Source: Macrostomum lignano
Taxonomy: Eukaryota
Length of the DNA: 64,000 nucleotides
Direction of reading: 5' to 3'
Assembly (NCBI GenBank): GCA_002269645.1
Contig: NIVC01002203.1
Span: forward strand, 44,502 to 108,501
Below, in pieces: positions 12,607 through 23,055 of this stretch. Position 1 is the first letter of the stretch. Each line of letters opens with the position of its first letter. Under the pieces are notes generated by a model. It searched no databases and was not told the origin of the DNA. It saw nothing but the letters and a program-made list of their open reading frames with translations. The position numbers were made by a program, and so were the translations under genes.

Positions 12607-12932
12607 GACGCTAAATTGTATATTGAGCTCAAAGCATGCAATGTTTAATTGAGAAATAGTTGCTATTAAACAACTTTTAAACATTGCATTAAACATAAGA
12701 GATAAATACTTCATAATTTAGAAATAAAGTACACAAAAAGGTTTATTGAAGGCCTAATAATTAGTCTAATTTTATTTATACCTATATTTTAAATTAATAC
12801 GAGAAATCAATTGATAAACGGTTACGTTAATAAACAAAGTGAATAATTATTAAAGCTATTTTAGGCTGTTTAAGGTAAATTATTTAACTTCAAGTTAAGT
12901 AGCCTTATTAAAATCTTAATTTTTATCAATAT

Positions 12933-12948
12933 GGCCCTCAAAAGGGCC
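12933..12948 (-). terminator. Histone-mRNA-type 3' stem-loop no. 1
   Basis: Minus strand reads AAAAAC-GGCCCT-TTTG-AGGGCC-ATA, matching the GGYYYU-UYUN-ARRRCC consensus. Confidence 0.7.
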
Positions 12949-13269
12949 GTTTTTACAAGACAGAAAAGAAACTTCCTACAACAAACAACTTAATCTCTTT
13001 AAGGATAATACCAGGTATATATACTAGATATCTAACTCAACTCAAGAGGTACAGGTACAGAGTAAATTTTACATTAAGAAAAGTAAAAACAATAATATAA
13101 TAATTATATAATTGGAGGTTTGACGCAACGCCTTCGCCGACATCGCCCCGCAACCTGCCCATTCCGTTATCGCCTAAGCATGCAAGCCCACTAATACTGT
13201 ATTCAGGCACGCACTCATACACCCGCTCACATGAATAAGAATGGTAAAGATAACTTTTTTAATTACGGT

Positions 13270-13285
13270 GGCCCTCAAAAGGGCC
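13270..13285 (-). terminator. Histone-mRNA-type 3' stem-loop no. 2
   Basis: Minus strand reads TAAAAC-GGCCCT-TTTG-AGGGCC-ACC, with canonical 5' A-rich and 3' ACC flanks. Confidence 0.72.
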
Positions 13286-14036
13286 GTTTTACGAAATAAA
13301 ATCTACAAAAAAGACCTCAGCTTATGGAAGGAAGGAAAAAAGACTAAATGAAATAGAATACACAAAATTAATTTCAATCAAGGGAAGCAGGCACCAGAAG
13401 TAACTGATTAAAATAAATTTCAAGTTGATGAAGAATAGAAGGGTTAAAGATCGGAACACCCACTTTAATTAGTTATCTGGAGATTTCCTGAGCAATCCAA
13501 AAGCAAAATGACTATTACTCGTTCCACTGACACTAGCTATCGCAAATAGAGAAGGAAAGAAAGTATTATACAATGCGTAGACAGTAGCACGTACATAGAA
13601 ATACATAGAAATTCATGTTAATGTTTAAAACCAGGCATGGGCCATAAAATATCAGCCACAAATTCTAAACGGTATGAGCTACAGAATATCTGAAAGTATC
13701 AAAATAATCAACAAATAAAAATCTATAAAATTACATATTACTCAATAAAATAGCTCAAAGAATACACTAGTTACAATAAAAATAAAATTATCACACTGAA
13801 TTCTAATTGTCAAAACTGAGCCCGAACCCTCCCGCGCGCCGCGCGGGTGGAACACAATGATGCGGTCCAGTTCCTGGCCTAAGGCCTATATATACACGAG
13901 CTCTTGCGGCTCGTTTAGGACCCATATTCACGCCTCTGGCTGACTCTATAAGCGAATTACAGACAGTATTAGGAGAGCTAATTTGCAAGCACGCCAATAC
14001 GAGCCTATTCTGCAGTTGCTATACTATTTCTAAATT

Positions 14037-14396
14037 ATGATGGCTGACAGAAATTCCGACTCTGCTACGCCATCGCCAGTGCCACGTGGACACCGAGAAA
14101 TTGTGCGAAAACTCATCGAAGCTAGAGGCACCCAACTGGACCATATCATGTACAGTCTGAAGCATTACCTGCGTCGAATTAGCATGATGCGACTGGACAG
14201 GCGTCTACCGCAACGAACTCAGGTCATCGCCGCCAAGAGAGCACTTAAGCAGGGCTACAACCGGGTCGAGGCTATGGCAGTCGTCAGGACTATTGCTGAG
14301 GATCTGCGCCGGGACTGGGCTGGCAATGGAGGACCAGTGTACCGCCAGCTGCTAGTAGATGAAGTCAAGTGGCTGCTTGATGACTTTTATAACTGA
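14037..14396 (+). CDS. Orphan intronless basic helical protein, 119 aa
   Basis: GC-richer clean ORF inside AT-rich DNA, non-repetitive; upstream TATA-like TATATATA (13887-13894); AATAAA ~110 nt downstream. Confidence 0.55.
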   Translation: MMADRNSDSATPSPVPRGHREIVRKLIEARGTQLDHIMYSLKHYLRRISMMRLDRRLPQRTQVIAAKRALKQGYNRVEAMAVVRTIAEDLRRDWAGNGGPVYRQLLVDEVKWLLDDFYN

Positions 14397-15980
14397 ATAA
14401 CTGAGTACTGTATATATTTCACTTGTTATATTTCTGTATGTATTACTATATATCAGGCTAGGCCTACTTAATTTTTTTGTTCAAATATTGCTCAGTTTTA
14501 CTGTAAATAAATTCACTATAGTATCACTAATTGCATTTGTTAACTGTATTGTATCTATATGAAGTATACTTTATACTTGCAAATAAAATGGTCTGTCTTA
14601 ATGGTAAGCCACCAAACTGCTAAAGTGTTAAAATTTATAATTACTGGAAATATTAACAAAATGAAAAATATAAATTTTAGTGCAAAAAATATGACAAAAG
14701 TCAAATAGAGCAAAGTTGAGGTCTGAAATTTACTAACTACCAAATTTTAATTCTATTTGACTGCTTAACAAAATTCAACTTGAATACTCAGCTTGAACTA
14801 CCAAAGTTTGGTCAAGTATTTGACTTGACCAAAACCTGAGTTTGTCTAGGCTAAATGCTTTAATAGTACTAGCTTATACTAAACTACAAGTTAGGCTAGT
14901 ATAGTAGTACTTAATAATATCATTTGACTAGGGATTTTGACTAAATTTTGATTTTGATCATTTTTTAGAGATGATATACAGTGTAGTACCAATGCATTGT
15001 TTCTATACTTAACCTATAATTTTTTTTCATAATCAAAACATTTTGAAACTAAATATTAAACAATGCTATCTAGGTTTTTATTGGTATTAAGATGCAAAGT
15101 TTTGGTATTAGAAAAAAAAGAACAAAATAGGATATTATATCATATCAAAGGTCAAACTTGAAGATATAATTAGAAAGTTGACATGCATGCTATACTTTAG
15201 CATCTGAAAAAATAGATAAAAATCTGAAATAAAACACTAATACAAAAGTTACACATTTTAAGCATCAAAGACCTAAAATGCTAAATAATAATGTGCTATG
15301 CTAATATACCAAATACATTGGTGACCCTTTGTAAGTGCACTATAATTTTCTACAGCAAAGGCCACCTTGACTATGGGGCTAGTATAATTTTAAATATTAT
15401 AATAAAGTTTAGAAGGCCTAATATGTATACTGTAAAAGATAGGTAAAGAGAATCTTTAGAGAATCTTAGAGATAATCAATATTTCTTTGATTATTAAATT
15501 GAAGCCAAAAAACTGTTTATATAGTTGCTATTAGTATTGCTCTCATCATTTGTCCTGAACTCCGTGAATTGAATATACTGACATTACATACGATACTACT
15601 ACTACTACTAGCTGACATGAGAGCACTATTGTATCCGTAATAGGTCTGTATCAAGTTAGTCATAGGCCTGTATCAACAATAAATAAATGAGGAACTCCCA
15701 TTTCTATAACTTCTACACTTCAGTCAGTGAAAAATTGATCTGTAGCCATTCTTTGTTGATCAATCAAAACTTGAATGCTGATGCCAGTGATGGTTCATGT
15801 TCATTCTTTGAATAAGAATTTGTTCATTTCGAAGAAACTTCAGCTTTTAATTTCGTGTTCAGTAAATCAATATTATCTAGTTATTATATGTATAAAGCGG
15901 AACTAAACTCTAATGTTATAGATTCTAGTGCAATAAAATTTTCTAGACTATTTTTATTATTAACTGAAATTTTATACACA

Positions 15981-16960
15981 GTGAGGTGGGGGTGGAGAAG
16001 AAAATAAAAAGGGGGCCCGCGGGTTTTGAAATTGGGAAAAATAAAATTTCGGTTTGTCGTCGGCACGTAAAGCCGGAAAATCGCACAAAATTGCTGCTCT
16101 GATTCTTCTCCTAGGTTACTCCGTCTGCCGGGTCCTCAATTCCGGGGGGAGGGTAGTCGCAATCGCAGTCGAGCGGTCTAGTAGCGGCCCGAGTCGTTCA
16201 GAATGGGTCCTCAGACACCGTAAACTCGTAATTCGTCGAGATTGCTAGTTGTGTTACTCTATGTAGTAAAGTAGCGCTGCCACCACCGTAAATGTCGTTT
16301 TACGGAACGTTGAGGGTCTCAGAGCTTTCTTTGAGTTGAGACTGACTGGTTATTTTACGCCCCGCGGGCAAATGACTCAATAGAAAAACTAAAGGCTTCG
16401 ATTCTGAACAACTGTATGGATAATATTAATATTGGCGAGCTTATTAATTATGATTTCGTTATTATTGTTATCGTTACTTATTGTTACTACTACGCGAGAT
16501 AATTGACCAACAACCAACAGAGAGAGAGAGCGGGCGAGCGAGCAAAAATAATAATTAAAAGAAAACACTAACAATCGAACACACACAAAAGCAATCGCAG
16601 TAGTAGCAGAAGGAGGAGGAGGAGAAGGAGGAGGAGGAGGTAAAAGATAAGAGAAGTAAAACGCAACGGTTTTATACATAAAAATTACATAGATCCAATA
16701 GGGGGGGACACCGAAAGGAACACTGGGTGGAACACCGGGGGGAACACTGGCGGGAAAAAGGGCAAACCCGGAAGGAATACAGCAAAACAAAGCGGGACCA
16801 AGGGAAGGGGCAACTATTGGACCACAGGTAGGGGCAACGAAAGGAAAGCGCACAGTTCAACCGGGGGAGCAGGAGTGACGTCAAGAATATCCCACCGGGG
16901 GAGGCGCTTCGCGCGTCGCCAACCGTTGCAGGAGCCCCAGTGGTAGACCGGCCTACCACA
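15981..16960. mobile_element. Solo-LTR-like insertion, 980 bp, present only in the left arm
   Basis: Starts TGAGGTGGG and ends CCTACCACA (TG..CA, 7/9 inverted); 5-bp TSD CACAG (15976-15980, 16961-16965); single CACAG empty site in the right arm near 63537-63541. Confidence 0.8.
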
Positions 16961-17178
16961 CACAGTCTGCACGGTAAAACTGAAAATGGATACAACATGC
17001 TGAGCAACACTTATAACAATTTTAAACCTAAGAGCACCCGAGCTAACATGGAGAGCCAAAATCTCGTAGTATAGCTACGAGTGATAAAGCTGAAGTCAAA
17101 ATTTAAATCTGCAACGCTGCAAATGGATTTCACAGAATACGTGTATATATCACATGTACAATATGTAGCTGTGGCAGC

Positions 17179-17478
17179 TAGGCGCGTCGGTGGGGGGGGA
17201 CATGTCCCCCCCCCCCCCAGTAAAAGCTTTGGGGGTGTCCCCCGACCCCACTTTGTGACCCGTTGTGGTAATCAATTTCTTCAGGACGTCAAAATATATA
17301 GCGCCTTCTGCGCCAAAATGCGTGCCTGCGCGCGGCGCGAAAAGGAGTACCTGCGGCGCCAAAATGAGCGCTGACTACACGATTCTCAAAATAATGGAAA
17401 TTTAGGAATTTAGTCATGTACATGTTGAATTCTTGGCTTTGTCTCCCCACCATAAAATCCATGGCGACGCGGGCCCTG
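17179..17478. mobile_element. MITE-like element related to 17732-18486, in opposite orientation
   Basis: Its end (reverse complement) CAGGGCCCGCGTCGCCATGGATTTTATGG resembles TAGGGGCGTCGCCAAAGATTTTATGG at 17732; carries inverted copies of the same 21-bp unit. Confidence 0.4.
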
Positions 17479-17731
17479 GCATATGGGATGTGCAAGCATT
17501 GCAGATATACATGTACGTATATCGTACATGTTCAAGTGAATATAAAGCTGCCGCAATCAAACGGTTGCTACATTGCGATTTACCTTGCGGGCTACCTTAC
17601 TTCTTTTATTAATCAATACATGTATACATGTACGTGGAACCACCCTTCCCGGAAAAAAACTAGCCGATTTGCAAGCGCGATTCGCTGGCGGCTTTTCGAG
17701 AGGGCATGCACCTTTTATATGTAAGCCTCAT

Positions 17732-18486
17732 TAGGGGCGTCGCCAAAGATTTTATGGCTTGGACAAAAGCTAATAATTTAAGTAACTAAATTCCTACATT
17801 GTTTTAGGAATTAATGTTAGTACTCATTTAGGCGCCGAAGACACTCATTTAGGCGCCGAAGACACTCATTTTGGCGCTTCAGGTAATTTTTTTGGCGCCG
17901 TAGATTCGGCACGATCATCATTTAGCGCAGCAGGCATTCATTCTGGCGCCGCAGGCACTCATTTTGGCACCGCGGGCACTCATTTTGGCGCCGCAGGCAC
18001 TCCTTTTAGCGCCGCAGGCATTCCTTTCAGCACCGCAGGCACTCATTCTGGCGCCGCAGGCACTCATTTTGGCACCGCTGGCACTCATTCTGGCGCCGCA
18101 GGCACTCCTTTTTGCGCCGCAGGCATTCCTTTTGGCACCACAGGCATTCCTTTTAGCACCGCAGGCACTCATTTTGGCGCCGCAGGCACTCCTTTTAGCA
18201 CCGCAGGCACTCATTTTGGAGCCGTAGGCACTCCTTTTAGCACCGCAGGCACTCATTTTGGCGCCGCAGGCATTCCTTTTAGCACCACAGGCACTCATTT
18301 TGGCGCCGCAGGCACTCCTTTTAGCGCCGCAGGCATTCCTTTTAGCGCCGCAGGCATTCCTTTTGGCACCGCAGGCACTCATTTTGGTACAGCGGGCACT
18401 CATTTTGGTACAGCGGGCACTCATTTTGGTACAGCGGGCACTCATTTTGGAGCCGCAAGCATTCCTTTTACGGGACGACGTGCCCG
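17732..18486. mobile_element. MITE-like element with an internal 21-bp array (GGCGCCGCAGGCACTCATTTT)
   Basis: AGGGGCGTCGCC ... GACGACGTGCCC imperfect termini; array at 17822-18468. Confidence 0.45.
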
Positions 18487-18701
18487 CGAGCGAATGCCCA
18501 AGCCCCACTGACTAACTGCATGCATTGGCCGCGCGTTGTCGTGACAAAAGGCCTCTCTATTTTACAATTGTTCCTCACAAAGCCCCTACTTATACATGTA
18601 CGACGTACAACCGAGCCGTCATGCGAATGTTTGTTATCTAATATATCTGAAAATTGTGCAACTGTCATCTTCCCACTGGACTGCACCAGGGACTGTTCAT
18701 T

Positions 18702-18708
18702 TATATAA
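18702..18708 (+). promoter_or_regulatory. Cystatin TATA box
   Basis: TATATAA ~27 nt upstream of an initiator-like CAGTT; 5'UTR intron GTAAG(18771)..CAG(18835); AATAAA at 19418. Confidence 0.65.
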
Positions 18709-18839
18709 GAGGGACTCGCACTTGAAAAACAGTTTGTGACAAAGCCTGACTCTGAACTGAAACTTCTCAGGTAAGATCCCGGCGAATTTCCAGTTGCTCA
18801 TCAAAGTAGAACTTTTGTTACGACCATTGCAACAGAAAA

Positions 18840-19289
18840 ATGAAGTGCGTCATTATGCTATCCGTTGTCGCCTTCTGTCTGGCCGGCGTCGCCATTGGCT
18901 CCCTGATCGGCGGCAAGCGCCCGCTGACACAGGAGGACGTCAAATCGCCTGAGTTCCGCGGCGCCTTGGACATGGCCACGCTGGAGATGAACCGGCTGAG
19001 CAGCCACCCCAGATTCCACGCAGTGCTCAACTTCGTGCGCGGCACCAAACAGGTGGTTGCCGGCGTCCTCTACGAATTCAGCATTGTTTTGCGCGCCACC
19101 GAGTGCGAGAACCACGAGGCGCAGAACCTGGAGAACTTGGCCAAGTGCGCCCCAGTGAACTTGCTCGGCGCCTCCGAGTTCCACTGCGACTTCAAGGTTC
19201 TCTACCAGCCGTGGTCCGGCAACTCTGAGTACCGGGTTATGAGCGAGCCGTCCTGCGTGTCACCCCGGGAGGTGCCCTTCGCCGGCTAA
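18840..19289 (+). CDS. Secreted type-2 cystatin (copy A)
   Basis: Hydrophobic signal peptide, N-terminal G (LIGG), QVVAG (QxVxG) and PW motifs, Cys pairs; intronless CDS. Confidence 0.92.
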   Translation: MKCVIMLSVVAFCLAGVAIGSLIGGKRPLTQEDVKSPEFRGALDMATLEMNRLSSHPRFHAVLNFVRGTKQVVAGVLYEFSIVLRATECENHEAQNLENLAKCAPVNLLGASEFHCDFKVLYQPWSGNSEYRVMSEPSCVSPREVPFAG

Positions 19290-19601
19290 GAGCCCCGAGG
19301 ATTACTAGGACTATGGGTCGAATTTCAGTTTTAGTGCACTATAAGCGCGTCTGAGACCGCTTGGTTATCTGCGTACGTGTCTTTGTTGACTTCAGCCCCT
19401 TGGTTTATCAAACATAAAATAAATAGACAACTACAGTAACCGCTAGTTCACATCATTGTTTCATTTATTATTTTTTAAATGGTCAAACGAGCTATCCTTA
19501 CATCTCCAAACCAGTGTACAACAGTTATGACTTAAAAGAAGAAACACAAATCAGATTATTTCGCATCCAGATTTGCATACATGTAAATTAGAATTTTGTA
19601 T

Positions 19602-20294
19602 TGAATCTGAATCCGAATCTGAATCCGAATCTGAATCCGAATCTGAATCCGAATCTGAATCCGAATCTGAATCCGAATCTGAATCCGAATCTGAATCCGA
19701 ATCTGAATCCGAATCTGAATCCGAATCTGAATCCGAATCTGAATCCGAATCTGAATCCGAATCTGAATCCGAATCTGAATCTAAATCTGAATCTAAATCC
19801 GAATCCGAATCTGAATCCGAATCTGCAAATCAGAATCTGAATCCGAATCTAAATCTGAATCCGAATCTGAATCTGAATCCGAATCTAAATCCGAATCTGA
19901 ATCTGAATCCGTATCTGAATCAGAATCTGAATCCGAATCTGAATCCGAATCTGAATTTGAATCAGAATCTGAATCCGAATCTGAATTTGAATCCGAATCT
20001 GAATCCGAATATGAATCTGAATCCGAATCTGAATCCGAATCTGAATCCGAATCTGAATCCGAATCTGAATCCAAATCTAAATCCGAATCCGAATCTGAAT
20101 CCGAATCCGAATCCGAATCCGAATCCGAATCTGAATCCGAATCCGAATCCGAATCCGAATCCGAATCTGAATCCGAATCCGAATCTGATCCGAATCCGAA
20201 TCCGAATCCGAATCTGAATCCGAATCCAAATCTGAATCCGAATCCGAATCTGAATCCGAATCTGAATCCGAATCTGAATCCGAATCTGAATCTG
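19602..20294. repeat. 6/12-bp microsatellite (GAATCC/GAATCT)n
   Basis: Produces the spurious ES/SD/NP-repeat ORFs. Confidence 0.95.
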
Positions 20295-21900
20295 CATTTA
20301 TCGAAGGATTCTACTAATAAAGACACTACTTTTTCAACGCTCTTCTAGTAGTATATCAGAGTTTTTTTTGTTGTATTTAGCTTTTAGAATTCTAAATCTT
20401 GATCGAATTACAACTGTTAATTTACTCACTAGTAGCTTTGGATTAAAATATAACAAAGAATAGCGTCTCTCGCACACAAGCTAACTCAGGAAACCTGTTC
20501 GCAAATGAATAATGTCTACCCTTATTATTTTTCGGCTCGTAGCAGCACAGCTATAATAATGATCATCTTCTAACAGGTGAGGCAGGTGCGAAAAATATAA
20601 TTAGCATGTTGTCGCCTTGGCATGAATCGCCATGCAGGTTTTTTTGGTTCTGACCGGATGTGAAAAAAAGAAATTGTATGAAATTTAAGTGTAGGTCGAC
20701 ATTCTCATTCATATGCGCATGAGAGCTGGGATTTGTTAATCTCGCTTGTTCTCTCTCTCTCTCTCTCTCTAGGACTAATCCCCAACAGGTGCTTCCCTGC
20801 TCGCACAGAGCATTCAATATGCTCGCCTAAGACCAAGTTTCTTGCATGTCTATCGCTGCAGATCGTGCCCTGGCATACACCTAGTTATTAGTTGAGTTGA
20901 ATCACAGAGAATTAACACTGTATGGTCAAGGGATAAATTGAAAATTCTGGAATTGAGGAGTGAGAGAGAGTGGGTGAGCGTGTGAAAGTCCCTGAGCAGA
21001 ACAATATGGGAATTAGCAGCAGCAAATGTGAGGCAGATGTAATAAAAGGAAAGTAAAGGCAGGTGCTGAACAAATGCTTGTGAGGCAAAATTATCACTGG
21101 CTGTCAGGCAGGCAGTCGGCAGTACAAACAATACATATATATAGATTGACTCCATAATTCAGGCGTTTGGGAAGAGACAAAAAAGCGACGAATGGATAGT
21201 CGCGAAAAATCCTTTAGCAAACCTCGGGAGCGGGGAGCGGGGAGCGGCGGGGGATATTTGGCGTAAGCCCCACCTCGCCTCCTCGCGGAGCGAGCGCCTT
21301 CTTCTCCTCGCTCAGTAAGTCAACAGAGACAGTCAGTCAGAGTCTAATAAAAATGAGCTGACTGCTCCAATAACTTCCTCACTGGAGAGAGAGAAGCGGG
21401 CTCCAAGTGTGCCAAACACGCTTTCTCTCTCTCTCTCTCGTCTCCCATTCCCAACGCGCGGGACATCAGTTCTGCTTTTAGAAGCAGCAGAAGCGGAGGC
21501 GGCGGCGGCAGCAGCGGCTGGTTGTGTGCGTGACCCAGAAAGCAATTTCTGGCAAAGATTTTTCAATCCAGTCCGCATTGATCAGCGCAGCTACATGGAT
21601 TTGAGTTCTGCAATTTCGCTTCACCTGCAGAGGCTTGATATTGAAGAGCAGTTCGAGCAATTTAAATAATTATCCCCACCACCTCAGCTCCGGGAAAGAC
21701 AATTAAAGCCACAAGTGGACGAGACTGCAGACTTCTGCAGACTTGCGGCAGAGCATTGTAGGCTGCACGCCCCCGATGGTGACTGCATGGGTTCTCAAAC
21801 AGCTCGGCATCTACTCGATATTCAGACATAGGGCATAATTTTTTTATTCAATTGCTGGAAGGATTTCTGCTGCGCAATTTAATCATTAAGTTGAAGATTC

Positions 21901-22412
21901 AATGATCCAACGATCCAATGACCCAATTACCCAAATACCCAAATACCCAATGACCCAATGATCCAATGATCCAGTGCTTAATGACCCAATGACCCAATGA
22001 CCCAAAAACCCAAATACCCAATGACCCAATGACCCAATGACCCAATGACCTAAATACCCAATGAACTAGTGACCCAGTGACTTAATGACCCAATGATCCA
22101 ATGACCGAATGATCCACTGACCCAATTATCCAATGACCCAATCTGGCGAGTAAAGAAACCAAATAACCCAATTACTCAATGACCCAATCATCCAATGACC
22201 CAATGACCCAATGACCCAATGATCCAATGACCCAATGACCCAATGACCCAATGACCCAATGACTCAATGACCCAATGACCCAATGACCCAATGACCCAAT
22301 GATCCAATGATCCAATGAGCCAATGACCCAATGAACCAATGACCCAGTGACTCAATGAACCAATGACCCAGTGACCCAATGACCCAATGACCCAATGACC
22401 CAATGATCCAAT
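21901..22412. repeat. 9-bp minisatellite (CAATGACCC)n
   Basis: Direct tandem copies. Confidence 0.92.
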
Positions 22413-23055
22413 GAACCAACCTGGCGAGTAAAGAAACCAAATAAACCAGACAGCAGACATTGTATAATTATTAAAGTTTATTTCATCAGATATAGCTCGA
22501 TTTGGTGCACAACTGTTATAATTGTGGCTGTACAGACAGCACTGACAAGCTGTACAAATGCTAAATTAAAATTGATCAAATATTTTGTGCAGTTCATCAA
22601 TTTTTTGTGCCACATCAATTTGCTGTTCGCTGTTAAACACAGGGGGGGGGCATTTTTAATTTCAGTTTTGATGGTCGAGCTTTCGCACACACAATGCGCG
22701 AAGTTACTCGTACATGACAAATTTCGAACTGAAAAAAAGCAGGATAAAAACAATTAAATTTCAGCCATGAAACCGACAAAAGAGAAACAGAATTGACATA
22801 CATAGAGAAAGCAACAATTTTCTTTTGACCAAAATAAGCAACGGCAGCAGAAGAAAGGACAGAGAAACACGCGGCAAAAATATGACAGGTTATAGTTTGT
22901 ACGTGCTAGAGGCTTGGAGAAGTTGATAAGAGGAAAAGAGAGGGGGGGGGGCAACCTTCGGGCAACTCGATGTCAAAATTCGGAAATAACGAATGCGAGA
23001 CTCTGGAAAGGAAGAATGCCAGCCAGGCCAGTTGCTGCTGCTGCTGCAGAAGCTT

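Noticed and set aside
13290-13800. T-rich minus strand as a mitochondrial insertion (ND1/ND2-like snippets VRAT, IKVG)
   Set aside because: Matches are only 4 residues long and frames are closed even allowing for the flatworm mitochondrial code
21333-21669. Poly-Ala ORFs downstream of the ETS gene (mirror at 58694-58876)
   Set aside because: No recognisable domain or splice pair, and the Ala run is altered in the mirror copy
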